This document shows positions 12,646 to 24,224 of a DNA stretch of 64,000 nucleotides, in pieces. Source of the stretch: Camelus ferus (Eukaryota); assembly GCF_009834535.1 (NCBI RefSeq), contig NC_045707.1:50594001-50658000 (forward strand), given 5' to 3'. Under the pieces are notes generated by a model. It worked only from the letters and a program-made list of their open reading frames with translations. It did not search any database and was not told the DNA's origin. Position 1 is the stretch's first letter. Each line of letters opens with the position of its first letter. The position numbers were made by a program, and so were the translations under genes.

Positions 12646-13619
12646 ATATGGTACAGAAAAACACTTCAAGAAAAACAGTCTTTCCCAAAACTTTTAGTAC
12701 AGTTTTAAGCTCTATTACATTCAAAAGTATAAATGATACCAACTTAATAAAAAAAATTTGAAAATGTATCTACATTTCCTCTATACTTATTTTTTGTTAT
12801 ATTTGCCAATGCATTTTCCTTTTATTGTTGTTTTCAGTTTTTGCCATCTTAAATTAGAGGTACTGAAAAAGTTAGAATTACCAATTTATAGCTTGAATTT
12901 TATTGAACTAAATAGGTATTAAAAACATATAAATAACTTTCAAATGATGAAATTGGTGAGGAGTTATTTGTTTCCCTCACAAGCTTGTGAGTGACTTGAA
13001 AAAAGAGATTGTCTTTTCTTTCCTTATTTTTAAACTAAGTCTGGCATTACAGAGATGTTAAACAAACTTTTCTTGGACAGAATTGACTTATTACTGCTTT
13101 CACTGTCTCCATGTAGCTCATTTGAGGTTAATATGCTTGACTAAGAATCATGATTGGAACCATTTGTAATCTACATATAAATGCGTGATAAAAAAGGCTT
13201 CTAGTTTCTTTACTTTTGATAGCGTGACTTTTTAAAGTCTATTTAGCTGCATAGCTACTGAATGTACTGTAAGTTAAATCTGGGATTGAATAATTATAAA
13301 AGTGATGATTAATAGAAGCTATTATATAATTATATCAAAGTAATCCTTTATAAACTGGTTTAGAAATGGCATAACAGCATTTTACAATTAAAATGCAGTT
13401 CAAATTGAGATATCTGAACATGTAACTGACAGGGATTTACCCCTTCTCTCTTTGAAAGCAAAGTGATCAGTCATGTTCTGGCAAATCAATTACATACATG
13501 TGACTGAGTGAGATAAATACCTGTTTAAATCTTTTAAAATGCCATAACTCTTCTTCCCCTTACACATTCAACTATCCAGATAATATATGTAGTCTTTAAA
13601 GACCTCCAAAGATCCTTCA

Positions 13620-14015
13620 CTTTCACCTTTAATATAGAAGAGAGGTGGTTCAGGAATTAGTGACGCTAATCCTCCTTGTCTTATATTTTAGCTGCAATCT
13701 TTGACCTCCCTACTTCTCTGATCACTATGACGTGGTTTCCTTTGCTGACCCTTTTCCTTGCCCTTTGATTGTAGATAAATTTATTGGATTCAGTCCTCCT
13801 CTTTATTATTATTATTTTTTGCTCTTTTTGATGATCTGTTCAACTTCTATGGCTTACTATATCATCACCACACTGAAGGTTTTATATTTAATGTCCCCAG
13901 CTCTAATCAATTTCCTTAACTTCAAACCTTCATTCTCTATTTCCTGCCACACATGCCATCTGCAATTCTCTGAAACATCTGCAAACTCAGCATATCTAAA
14001 AACTGATCTTACTCT
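13620..14015 (+). mobile_element. L2 fragment (probably continues at about 14580-14740)
   Basis: 'catctgcaaactcagcatatctaaaaactgatct' matches the L2 3' ORF motif. Confidence 0.6.
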
Positions 14016-14377
14016 CTCAGACTTTGGGCATGTCCTATCAGATTTTAAACCAGTGGTTCTCAATTCAAGTTTTAGAGAGGAAACCTGAGGTTGTTAGAAA
14101 GTAAGGTTGCATCAGAATTATGTATAGAGGTTTTCAAACCAATATTTCTTCACAGAAACTGTGTCAGAATTTCCTGGAGCAGGGAACTGGGAAAGTAGAC
14201 ATACAGCTTTAAAAGTTTATGGGTGATTTTGCCCAATTTTAACCTCCCAATACCTCCAACTGCTATGAACTATGTTAGGCTCATGGATGTCCAAACTCTT
14301 TCCTTGTCTATTCCCTGCAACTGCTCATACATGATCAAATGTGCCTGAGACAAAGGTGAGGATTTCTTACTTACACC

Positions 14378-14549
14378 GGAAGAAAGAAAGAAAAGAAAAG
14401 AAAAGAAAAGAAAAGAAAAGAAAGAAAAGAAAAGAAAAGAAAAGAAAGGAAAAGAAAGAAAGAAAGGAAAGGAAAGGAAAGGAAAGGAAAAGAAAAAAGA
14501 AAAGAAAAGAAAAGAAAAGAAAAGAAAAGAAAAGAAAAGAAAAGAAAAG
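14378..14549. repeat. 172-nt pure polypurine (AAAAG)n array with internal (AAAGG)n block
   Basis: Directly visible; no pyrimidine on the + strand over this interval. Confidence 0.97.
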
Positions 14550-14898
14550 CAAGCAAGCAGGCTAGCAAATTCAGTGGAATAGTCCTAATTCTGAAATATC
14601 TCTAACATATATTTCATGTTCCACATCTCCAACACCTGTTTCATGTTCCTCAACCCCATTCCTTCTACAGCTGCCTTTCTTCAGGTTACGAGGATCACCT
14701 TGACTTCTGCAATGGCTTAATAAATGTCTTCTCTAACTTTCACCTTTTTTTTGTTTTTTTCCCAGTGGATACTTGTTTTAATTAATTTTTTAATTGAAGT
14801 AAAATTGATCCTTTAGTGTTTCATTCATTCTCATCCACCCTACATACAGTAACAAGATGTATAAATATCAATTGTATGCGTGTATTTAAATTATACCT

Positions 14899-15433
14899 TA
14901 GGAGGGTGCCCTTTTCTCCACACTTTCTCCAGCATTTATCGTTCATGGACTTTTGAATGATGGCCATTCTGACTGGTGTGAGATGATACCTCATTGCAGT
15001 TTTGATCTGCTTTTCTCTGATAATTAGAATACTGAGCATTTTTTCATGTGCCTATTGGCCAACTGTATATCTTCACTGGAGAATTGCTTGTTTAGGTCTT
15101 CTGCCCATTTTTGGCTTGGGTTGTTTGTTTTTTGGTTATTAAGTTGTATGAGCTGTTTATAATATTCTGAAAATTAGGCTTTTGTCAGTCTCATCATTTG
15201 CAAATATTTCCTCCCATTTCTTAGGTTTTCATTTTGTTTTGCTTAAGGTTTACTTTGCATCCAAAAGCTTATAAATTTAATTAGTTTCCATTTGTTAACT
15301 TTTGCTTTTATTTTTATTGGCTGGGGAACCCTACTACACTGATGGGGGGAATGTAGTTTGTTGCAGCCATCATAAAAAACAGCATGGTGATTCCTCAAAA
15401 AACTGAAAATAGACTTACCCTATGGTACAGCAA
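14899..15433. mobile_element. Lineage-specific L1 ORF2 3' fragment with internal inversion (minus 14899-15325, plus 15324-15433)
   Basis: ORF 14821-15039 contains [16 protein letters not shown]. The minus part parallels 20327-20750 and the plus part is the reverse complement of about 20230-20339. Confidence 0.88.
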
Positions 15434-15439
15434 CTAACA

Positions 15440-15625
15440 CATCTTCATGGTGCACAGCCCATAAGTCACACATACTTCAGATCACAACTCATTGGCCAAA
15501 ACTTAGTTATATGACCACACTAGTCACAAGTGAGACTGAGACATTATGCTGGGAAGTCCTGTGTCCATAAAAGCTCAGGAAGAGAGAAATAATGAATGTG
15601 GAGGTGAGACCACTAGCAATGTGTG
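15440..15625 (-). mobile_element. Old MLT1K/L-type LTR fragment
   Basis: 'agtcacacatacttcagatcacaactcattggccaaaacttagttatatgaccacac'. Confidence 0.55.
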
Positions 15626-16649
15626 TTCCATAAAATTAAGGAGGGAACGTTGTCTAGATGGTTTAACTCTTTCTTCAAAAAACCGGCTACATTTTTGAAT
15701 GTCCAAACGACATACCTTTTAACATGACACTTGATGTGGTGTGGATCAAGTTATGGATAAAATGCAATGAATAAAGACCCTAGCAACAGAAACTGAAGTA
15801 GTAAGTATAAACCTTCTTACTTATATAACAGAAATTTGAGTCATTGAGTCTTACTGAGGCCAAGATACATCTGGGGAAATCTGAATATGCTGACCCAGAA
15901 GAGTTAGATAAAAGAGCCATGTTGGAAAAATGACAGCACTTAGCCTCAATCTTTTAAAAATTCATGAGTTATGGGGAGGGCTCCCTGAGCAAGCCTGGAC
16001 TAGCCTGGAGAACTCTAAAAGAAGAAAGAATCCCACTCTGATGCAGAGTTTATGGTTTTTCATAAACCATACCTGGTGTTTCACACACCAGGTCAGATGA
16101 AGCCACAATATCCCTATTTGACTATGAGACCAAAGAACAGTCATTCCTATTCGTACTCAAGAATGGGTTGACCAGATACCATTTGGTAAAGTCTTACGGA
16201 AATCTTTCCCAACCTATTTAGGAGACTTTCATATGCTAATTTATTTCCTTGTCTAAGCTTATCATTTATTTCACTCCTGCAGGAAATGGAGAATATTTTT
16301 TTATTAACTACATATTCATGAACGTAAAAGAGTTTGTCCTAATCTCAAGAATGTTTTCATTCACAATTGGTTCTCTTCTCTTACTATAGAGGAGAATACC
16401 ACTTTGTCTAACAAGAACAAGAGAATACACAAGAATTTTTAGACCTTTCAAGATTAAGAAGAAAACCACCAAAACACAAGCAAGCCAAAGATTAGTCCCC
16501 ATCTCTTGTTTAAAATCGACATAACTAAGAGGAAATATATCCCTTCAAATACTTGATAGAAGAACTGGGGAAACTTGCTATGAATTTAAAATAAGAAATC
16601 ACTACTAGTTTTTAAAATCCTTAGGTTAAAAAAAATCTTTTTTTCCTGA

Positions 16650-16825
16650 TGGAGAGAATTCTGGACTAAGAAGGCAGAAAATTAAGTTTGAGTCCCAGAT
16701 CAGCCAGTAGCTAATTGTGGACTTGGACAAATCCCGTATCTTTGGACTTCAGATTTCTCATTTGTAAAACCAGGAAGTTGAAAGATATTTCTAAGGTCTT
16801 TTCTAATTTTAATAGTCTGTGAGTT
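16650..16825 (+). mobile_element. MIR SINE
   Basis: 'gtttgagtcccagatcagcca...acttggacaaat...cttcagatttctcatttgtaaaa' MIR core. Confidence 0.75.
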
Positions 16826-17689
16826 AATGAAACTGCTAGTTACTGAATTTTTTAAAAAAATTCCCAAATCACAAATGTCACAGAATCATATTAATTTTTT
16901 TCCTACTCACACACAAATTGGTGAATGATAAATTTCCCCCAAACAGTTAGGGGGAAATCCAGATTCTGAAGATATCTTGTAAAGTTAACATTTGTAAAGG
17001 AAGAATTAAACTGTATTCTAAAGTGTTCTCTAGCCTTTAGAGACGCATGGGTCACTTTATTAATTCTTCGTGTCAAAAAAGATATTTGGATGATTGTTCC
17101 CTCCAAATTTGGATTATTTATGATTCATATCCTGCTGCCAGTAAGATGTTTATAGCAGGTGATCTCCCCATTTATGTTAGTTTCAAAGGATTGAAGCTAA
17201 TTATGGAATTGGTCTTGATTATACTTACGCTAAGTTAAACTTGCCCCAGTGACATTACAGTGAACGCCTGACTCCAGTCTCATCTCCGGCAGCATCAGTC
17301 CACCAGGGAGGGCTCTTCCTAAAGCACGGGTGATAGCGCTTTGGCAGCTCCGTAAGTTTCACTGCCTACTGTACGAGCTATGCCAGGACATTTCACTCCT
17401 CCTTGGCTTTACGAGGGCTGCATCCAATGCCATGAGTGTCAGTCCTCACCATCACTGTCAGGATACATTTACGCTAATTCTCAACAGACCTCCGCTCTAT
17501 ACAGATGCAGTCCTAGAGGCCAGATTCAGAAAATAGACGGAAATTGTATGCAAAGAGAAAGGTACCACCTTCTCTGGGGAGAAGCAGTCCTGTCTCAGAG
17601 TATGTGCTGAGTTTCAGGAGAAAACTCCACAGTTGTACCAGGTAGTCTGGACTTTTTCCTCCCCTTATTCCCTCCCCATCCTCTTATTC

Positions 17690-18025
17690 TTGCCCTGCAA
17701 TTCCTGATCCTCTTTAAGAATTAACTAAATTCTCCCCTTGTCTGGGAAGCCTTCGCTGTCTTGTCCATCTCCCCTACAGAGACAGAAGTTTTCTCCTCTG
17801 TGAGCACATAGTCCCCACGCCTTGCTGTACCATATCCTCTTCTGTTGTCACTGACCCCCGTTGTGTCCTTTAATCCCTCCTAGTAGGATGACTAGTTTGC
17901 TGGCTCTTTCTCCCCAATAAACCATAATCTCCTTATGGGTAAAAAGTCAGAGTCATCTCTACCTGGGATTCCTAGGACCAGGTCTGTTTACTTTAAGTGT
18001 TTAGCAAATGCCTGTTTAGAGGAAA
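17690..18025 (+). mobile_element. L2 3' fragment
   Basis: 'tcctctttaag...tctgggaagccttc...ctccttatgggtaaaa...aagtgtttagcaaatgcctg'. Confidence 0.55.
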
Positions 18026-18498
18026 GTTACCTTGTTGGTGTTAGAGCAGGTACAGTATTTAAAATGTATCCAACCAAACTGCCTAACTGTAGCATCAAAT
18101 GTCAGCTCATGTTCCAAAAATACATATCATACACAGTCATTTTCAAAGAAAGATAGTGGATGGATAATTGAAGTTTATTTCTTTTTGAATTGGGATGAAA
18201 GTTTCATTTTCTATTAAAAAATTTCAGAAGTACAGGGTATGAAATACTTTCCAAATACTGTTTTGTATTCTCTCTCTGTAAATTTCCTTGCTCCCACACC
18301 TTCCAAAGCCTCAATCTTCCCCCCTGCAAATGTAAATCAACTAAATTCTAAAATGAAGAACTGATCCCTACTGACTAAGAAAAATGTAGTCCTTTACACA
18401 GGAATGGAAATTCCCTATTTCCAGAGATCAGCAATGGACTTAAATCATCTGCTCCCATTTAGGAAGGACCAAGGCATCCACCAAATATGTTAGGTAAT

Positions 18499-18716
18499 GA
18501 GGATTTCTCAACTGTGACACCAAGGACACTTTAGGCCAGATGACTCTTTATTGGGGGGTGGGGTCATCCTGTGCATTGTGGGTTGTTGAGCAGTATCTCT
18601 GGCCTCTACTCACTTGATGCCAGTAGTAGCCTCCCAGTTGTAACAACCAAAAATATTTTGAGACACTGTCGAACAGCCCCTGGGGGGGCAAAATTGCCTC
18701 CAGTTCAGAACCACTG
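18499..18716. mobile_element. MER20 (hAT-Charlie) near full-length
   Basis: 'tttctcaac...tcctgtgcattgtgggttgttgagcagtatctctggcctctactcacttgatgccagtag...ggcaaaattgcctccagttcagaaccactg'; about 218 bp with inverted termini. Confidence 0.9.
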
Positions 18717-18739
18717 CCCTTAATACACTAAGAAGGTCG

Positions 18740-18985
18740 ATACATCAGGTTTAGAACCAGTCATACACATAGCAAATACCAGCTCTACCACTTAGAAGCC
18801 ACGTGCCCTTGAGCAAGTTACTAAACACCTCCACGCTTTAGTTTCTCATGTAAAAAATGATGCCAGGAGGATGCACTGTCACAGTCCTTGGAAGACTAAA
18901 TGGGAAATGTAGATGAAATGCTTAGCATAGTACCTGGTATATTGCAAGTTCTTAATAGTTAATATGCATTATTGTTATTTATTAC
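18740..18985 (+). mobile_element. MIR SINE
   Basis: 'ccagctctaccactt...gtgcccttgagcaagttact...agtttctcatgtaaaa...tgcttagcatagtacctggtat'. Confidence 0.8.
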
Positions 18986-19192
18986 CGTACATCACAGATC
19001 AATTTTTGCTGGAATTAAAATGCCACTAAATATACTCTAATATAACCCTGAATACAGTTTGATTTTTAGAGTTCAGAACAAATTCAGGCTCTTCCTGTCC
19101 CTTAGTGGTTTCACTGTGAACATCAAGAGCTATGAAGAAAGCACCCAAGACTTTCAGATAATCGGATTAAAGTAGAAGCAAACTGTTTTGGT

Positions 19193-19588
19193 TGTAGGTG
19201 AGAGACTCTAGTTGTCCTCCAATATCTATGCTGCCTTCTTCCCCAGTGATAAAAATTTTTAAAAGTTAGCAACCCAAATTATAGTCATATTTCCCAGACT
19301 CCCTCCCAGAAAGGAATGCATGGTGTGAAAAAGTTCTGGCCTAGGCAATGGAAGCAGAATTTATAGATACAACTTCTGAGATGCGTGTGTAAAGGAAGGG
19401 GGTCTGCTCCTTTATCCTCTTTATCCATCCTGCTGCTTGGAACATGATTGCAACAGCAAGAGCAAAGGTTAGGACCATGTCAGTAAGAACCACACCCAGG
19501 AGATGATAAAGTGGAAAGTTGAAAGCAGCCTGGGTCCCCAGTATCTGTAGTCTGGCCCTGCCTTATCAACTCTGAACTGACTACATCA
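19193..19588 (+). mobile_element. MLT1J-like LTR, 3' end missing at the L1 poly-T
   Basis: 'gttgtcctccaatatctatgctgccttcttcc...atttcccagactccct...catcctgctgcttggaac...gcagcctgggtccc'. Confidence 0.75.
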
Positions 19589-20862
19589 TTTTTCTTTCTT
19601 TCTTTTTTTTTTTAGTTGAAGTACAATCAGTTACAATGTGTCAATTTCTGGTGCACAGCACAATGTCCTAGTCAGGCACGTACATATGCATATTTGTTTT
19701 CATATTCTTTTTCACTAAAGGTTACCACCAGATATTGAATATAGTTCCCTGTGCTATATTTTTTAAATCTATTTTTATATATAGAGGCTAACATTTGCAA
19801 ATCTCAAACTCCCAAATTTATCCCTTCCCACCCCCCTTCTCCAGTAACCATAAGATTGTTTACAATGTCTGTGAATCTGTTCCTGTTTTGTAAAGAGTTC
19901 ATAGTGTCTTTTTCTTTTCTTTTTCTTTTAGATTCCACATACGAGTGATATCATGTGGTATTTTTCTCTCTCTTTCTGGCTTATTTCACTTAGAATGACG
20001 ATCTCTAGATCAATCCATGTTGCTGTAAATGGCACTATTTTATTCTTTTTTACGGCTGAGTAGTATTCCATTGTACAAATATACCACAACTTCTTTATCC
20101 AGTCATCTGTTGATGGACATTTAGGTTGCTTCCATGTCTTGGCTATTGTATATAGTGCTGTTATGAACATTGGGGTGTATCTATCTTTTTGAATGAGAGT
20201 TGCCTCCTGGTATATACCCAGGAGTAGGATTGCTGGATCATATGATAAGTCTATTTTTAGTTTTTTGAGGAATCTCCATACTGTTTTCCATAATGGCTAT
20301 ACCAAACTACTTTCCCACCAGCAGTGTAGGAGGGTTCCCTTTTCTCTACATCCTCTCCAGCATTTATCATTCATGGACTTTTGAATGATGGCCTTTCTGA
20401 CTGGTATGAGGTGATACCTCATTGTAATTTTGATTTGCATTTCTCTCATAATTAGCAATATTGAGCATTTTTTTCATGTGCCTATTGGCCATTCGTATGC
20501 ATTCATTGGAGAATTGCTTGTTTAAGTCTTCTGCCCATTTTTGGATTGGGTTGTTTGTTTATTAAGTTGTATAACCTGTTTATAAATTCTGGAAATTAAA
20601 CCTTTGTCAGGTTCATCATTTACAAATATCTTCTCCCATTCCATAGGTTTTCATTTTGTTTTGCTTACAGTTTCCTTTGCTGTGCAAAAGCTTATAAGTT
20701 TACCTCGGTCCCATTTGTTAATTTTTGCTTTCATTTCCATTGCCTGGGTAGACTGCCCTGGGATAACATTGCTAAGATTTGTGTCAGAGAGTGTTTTGCC
20801 TATGTTTTCTTCTGGGCGATTTATCATGTCTTGTCTTATATTTAAGCGTTTAAGCCATTTTG

Positions 20863-20864
<2 letters not shown>

Positions 20865-20902
<38 letters not shown>
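20865..20902. repeat. (GT)n microsatellite within L1 ORF2
   Basis: Directly visible. Confidence 0.95.
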
Positions 20903-20905
<3 letters not shown>

Positions 20906-21520
20906 GTGTGAGGGAGTGTTCTAACTTCATTGATTCACATGCTGCTATCTAGTTTTCCCAGTACCACTTGCTGAAGACACTTTTTTCTCCATTGTATATT
21001 CCTGCTTTCTTTGTTGAAGATTAATATACTGTAGGTCTGTGGGTTTCTTTCTGGGCTGTCTGTTCTGTTCCATTCATCCATGTGTCTGTTTTTATGACAA
21101 TACCATGATGTTTTGATTACTGTATCTCCGCAGTATTGTCTGAAGTCTTGGGAGGTTTATTCCTCCAACTTTGTTCTTTTTCTTCAGCATTGCTTTGGCA
21201 ATTCTGGGTCTTTTGTGATTCTATATACCTTTTAGGATTATTTGTTCGAGTTCTGTGAAAAAATGTCCTGGGTAATTTGATAGGGATCACATTAAATCTG
21301 TAGATTGCCTTGGGCAGTATGACCATTTTAACAGTATGGATTTTTCCAATCCAAGAGCGTGGGATATCTTCCCATTTCTCATCATCTTTAATTTCCTTAA
21401 TCAAATTTTTGGAGTTCTCCATATATAAGTCTTTCACTTCATTGGTCAGATTTATTCCTAAGTATTTTATTGTTTTGGATGCAATGATAAAAGGGATTAT
21501 TTCTTTACTTTCTTTTCCTG

Positions 21521-22096
21521 CTAATTCATTGTTAGTGTAAAGAAATGCAACAGATTTTTGTATGTTAATCTTGTTATCCTGCTACCTATCCTGCCAAATT
21601 CTTTTATCAGCTCTAGTTGTTTTTGTGTGGAGCTTTTAGGGTTTTCTATATATGGTATCATGTCATCCGCATATAGTGACAATTCTACCTCTTTTTTTCC
21701 AATTTGAATCCCTTTTATTTCTTTTTCTTGCCTGATTTCTATGGTTAGGACTTCCAAGACTGTGTTGAATGAAAGCGGTGAGAGTGGGCATCCTTGTCTT
21801 GTTCCAGATTTTAGTGGGAAGGCTTTCAGTTTTTCACCATTGAGTATTATGCTAGCTGTGGGTTTATCATAAATAGCTTTTATTATGTTGAGATATGTTC
21901 CCTCTGTATCCACTTTGGTAAGAGTTTTTATCATAAATGTGTGTTGAATTTTATCACATGCTTTTTCTGCATCTATTGAGATGATCATATGATTTCTGTC
22001 CTTTCTTTTGTGGGTGTGGTGTATCACGTTGATTGATCTGTGTATGTTGAACCGTCCTTGTGTCCCTGGGATGAATCCAACTTGATCATGGTGCAT
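21521..22096 (-). pseudogene. L1 ORF2p reverse transcriptase domain remnant (frameshifted)
   Basis: QGCPLSP and LYADDM motifs; frame lost after KEFG. Confidence 0.9.
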
Positions 22097-23188
22097 GATC
22101 TTTTTTTATGTATTGTTGGATTCTGTTTTCCAATATTTTGTTGAGGATTTTTGCATCTATGTTCATCAGTGACATTGGCCTGTAATTTTCTTTTTTGGTA
22201 GTGGCAGTAGAAATTTTTTTGTAATTTTCTTTGTCTGGTTGTGGTATCAGGGTGATGGTCACTTTATAGAATAAGTTTGGGAGTACTCCCTTCTTTTCAA
22301 TCTTTTGGAAGAGTTTGAGAAGGACCGGTATGAATTCTTTGTATGTTTGGTAGAATTCCCCAGTGAAGCCATCTGCTCCTGGACTTTTGTTTGTAGGGAG
22401 GTTTTTTTATTGCTGATTCTATTTCATTTCTAGTGATTGGTCTGTTCAAGTGGTCTATTTCTTGATTCAGTCTTGGTGGACTGAATGTTTCCAGAAACCT
22501 GTCCATTTCTACTAGGTTGTCCATTTTTTTTCCCATATAGTTGTTCATAGTATTCTCTTATGGTTTTTTGTATTTCTGTAGTATTGGTTGTAATTTTCCC
22601 ATTTCCCTTTCTTATTTTGTTTATTTGTGTTCTCTCTCTTTTCTTCTTGATGAGCCTGGCCAGAGGTTTACCAATTTTGTTTACTCTTTCAAAAATCCAG
22701 CTCTTGGTATGATTGATTTTTTTCTATTGTTTTTTTTTAAATCTCTATTTTATTTATTTCTTCCCTGATCTTTATTATTTCCTTCCTTTTGCTGACTTTA
22801 GGTTTTGTTTGCTCTTCTTTTTCTAATTCTTTTAGGTGATAGGTCAGGTTGTTTACCTGAGATTGTTCTTCTTTTTTGAGGAAGGCCTGTATCGCTATGA
22901 ACTTCCCTCTTAGGACTACTTTTGCTGCATCCTATAGATTTTATGTGGTTGTGTTTTCATTGTAAATTGTCTCAAAATATTTTTAAATTTCTTCTTTGAT
23001 TTCATCATCGACCTATTGTTTTTTTAGTAGCATGTTGTGTAATCTCCATGCTGTCATTTTTTTCTCCTTTGTTTTTCTATGGTTGATTTCTAGTTTCATG
23101 GTAGTGTGATCAGAAAAGGTGCTTGAAATAATTTCTATCCTCTTAAATATTTTGAGGCTTCTTTTGTGCCTAAGTACATGATCTATCC

Positions 23189-23992
23189 TACTAAACCTAT
23201 GCAAAAAGAAATATTGAAAATTCTACTCTAAATATAAAGGAAGCAGGATGCTATAGAAAGGAGAAAACCATAATTGGAACTGTGATAACTACAATGAGTT
23301 GCAACAGAATAAACATGAAGATGTAAAAGAGGACATCAAAATTATTAATGGTGGGAGAGGGGAGCAAGAAAATATAGATCCTTTTTCTTTTTTTACTTCT
23401 TTTTAGTATGTGTTTGAGCTTATATGACTATCAGTTTAAAGCAAATAGATATAGTAATGCGTTAATATACTTGAAAAGCAGGGTAATCACAAATCAAAAG
23501 CATACAACAGAGTCACAAAAACCAAAAAGAAACCAAGATAATATGAAAGAAAATTATCAAACCACAAAAAAGAAAAACAAAAAGAAGGGAACAAAGAGGA
23601 AATACCAAATCAACTGGAAAACTAAATTCGAAATGGCAATAAACACACATCTACCAATAATTACTGTAAATTTCAATGAATTAATGCTCCAATCAAAAGA
23701 CATAGAGTGGCAGGTTGGATAATAAAACAAGAACCTACAATATGCTGCATACAAGAGACCCACTTTAAGGTGAAGGACACACATAGATTTAAAGTGAGAA
23801 GATGGAAAAAGATATTTCATGCAAATGGGACATGACAAGAAAGCAGGAGTAGTAGTACTGATTTCAGACAAAATAGACTTCAAAATAAAGGCCATAAAGA
23901 AAGATAAAGAAGGACACTATGTCATGATTAAAGAAGCAATACAAGATGAGGATGTTACACTCATTAACATATATGCACCCAATATAGGAGCA
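23189..23992 (+). mobile_element. Inverted 5' segment of the same L1: ORF1 end, about 400-bp inter-ORF spacer, ORF2 endonuclease N-part
   Basis: ORF1-like end with TAA at 23229-23231; ORF2 ATG at 23633 (MAINTHLPIITVNFN); 'tgctgcatacaagagacccac' (CCIQETH); ends at NIYAPNIGA. Confidence 0.92.
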
Positions 23993-24216
23993 TGACGACT
24001 ATAGTCAATAATACTGTCATGTATATCTGAAAGCTGCTAAGGGAGTAGATCTTAAAAGTTCTCATCACAAGGAAAAAACTGTAACAATGTGTGACAATGG
24101 CTGTTAATTAGGCATATTGTGATCATTTCACAATATATGCAAATAATAAATCATTGTATTGTATACCTGAAACTAATATAATATTATATGTCAATTATAT
24201 CTAAATAAAAAATAAA
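23989..24216 (+). mobile_element. Older L1MA/MB-type 3' end
   Basis: 'gcatgacgactatagtcaataatactg...gctaagggagtagatcttaaaagttctcatcac...tatgtcaattatatctaaataaaaaa'. Confidence 0.85.
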
Positions 24217-24224
24217 GTTACAAA

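Larger units (their letters stand above)
19589..23190 (-). mobile_element. Lineage-specific L1, 3.6-kb 3' segment (EN C-part, RT, C-domain, 3' UTR, poly-A); ORF2 disrupted
   Basis: Minus ORFs: 21521-22096 ([34 protein letters not shown]), 21117-21437, 19928-20170 and 23013-23204 (SRIDH...SDH EN motifs); poly-T at 19589-19613. Confidence 0.97.

Noticed and set aside
14341..14568. Lys/Arg/Glu-rich and Phe/Ser/Leu-rich ORFs
   Set aside because: Translations of the (AAAAG)n microsatellite
19928..23895. Longest ORFs in the window (RT and EN motifs) as a host gene or active retroelement
   Set aside because: L1 ORF2 broken by frameshifts, stops, an inversion and a (GT)n expansion
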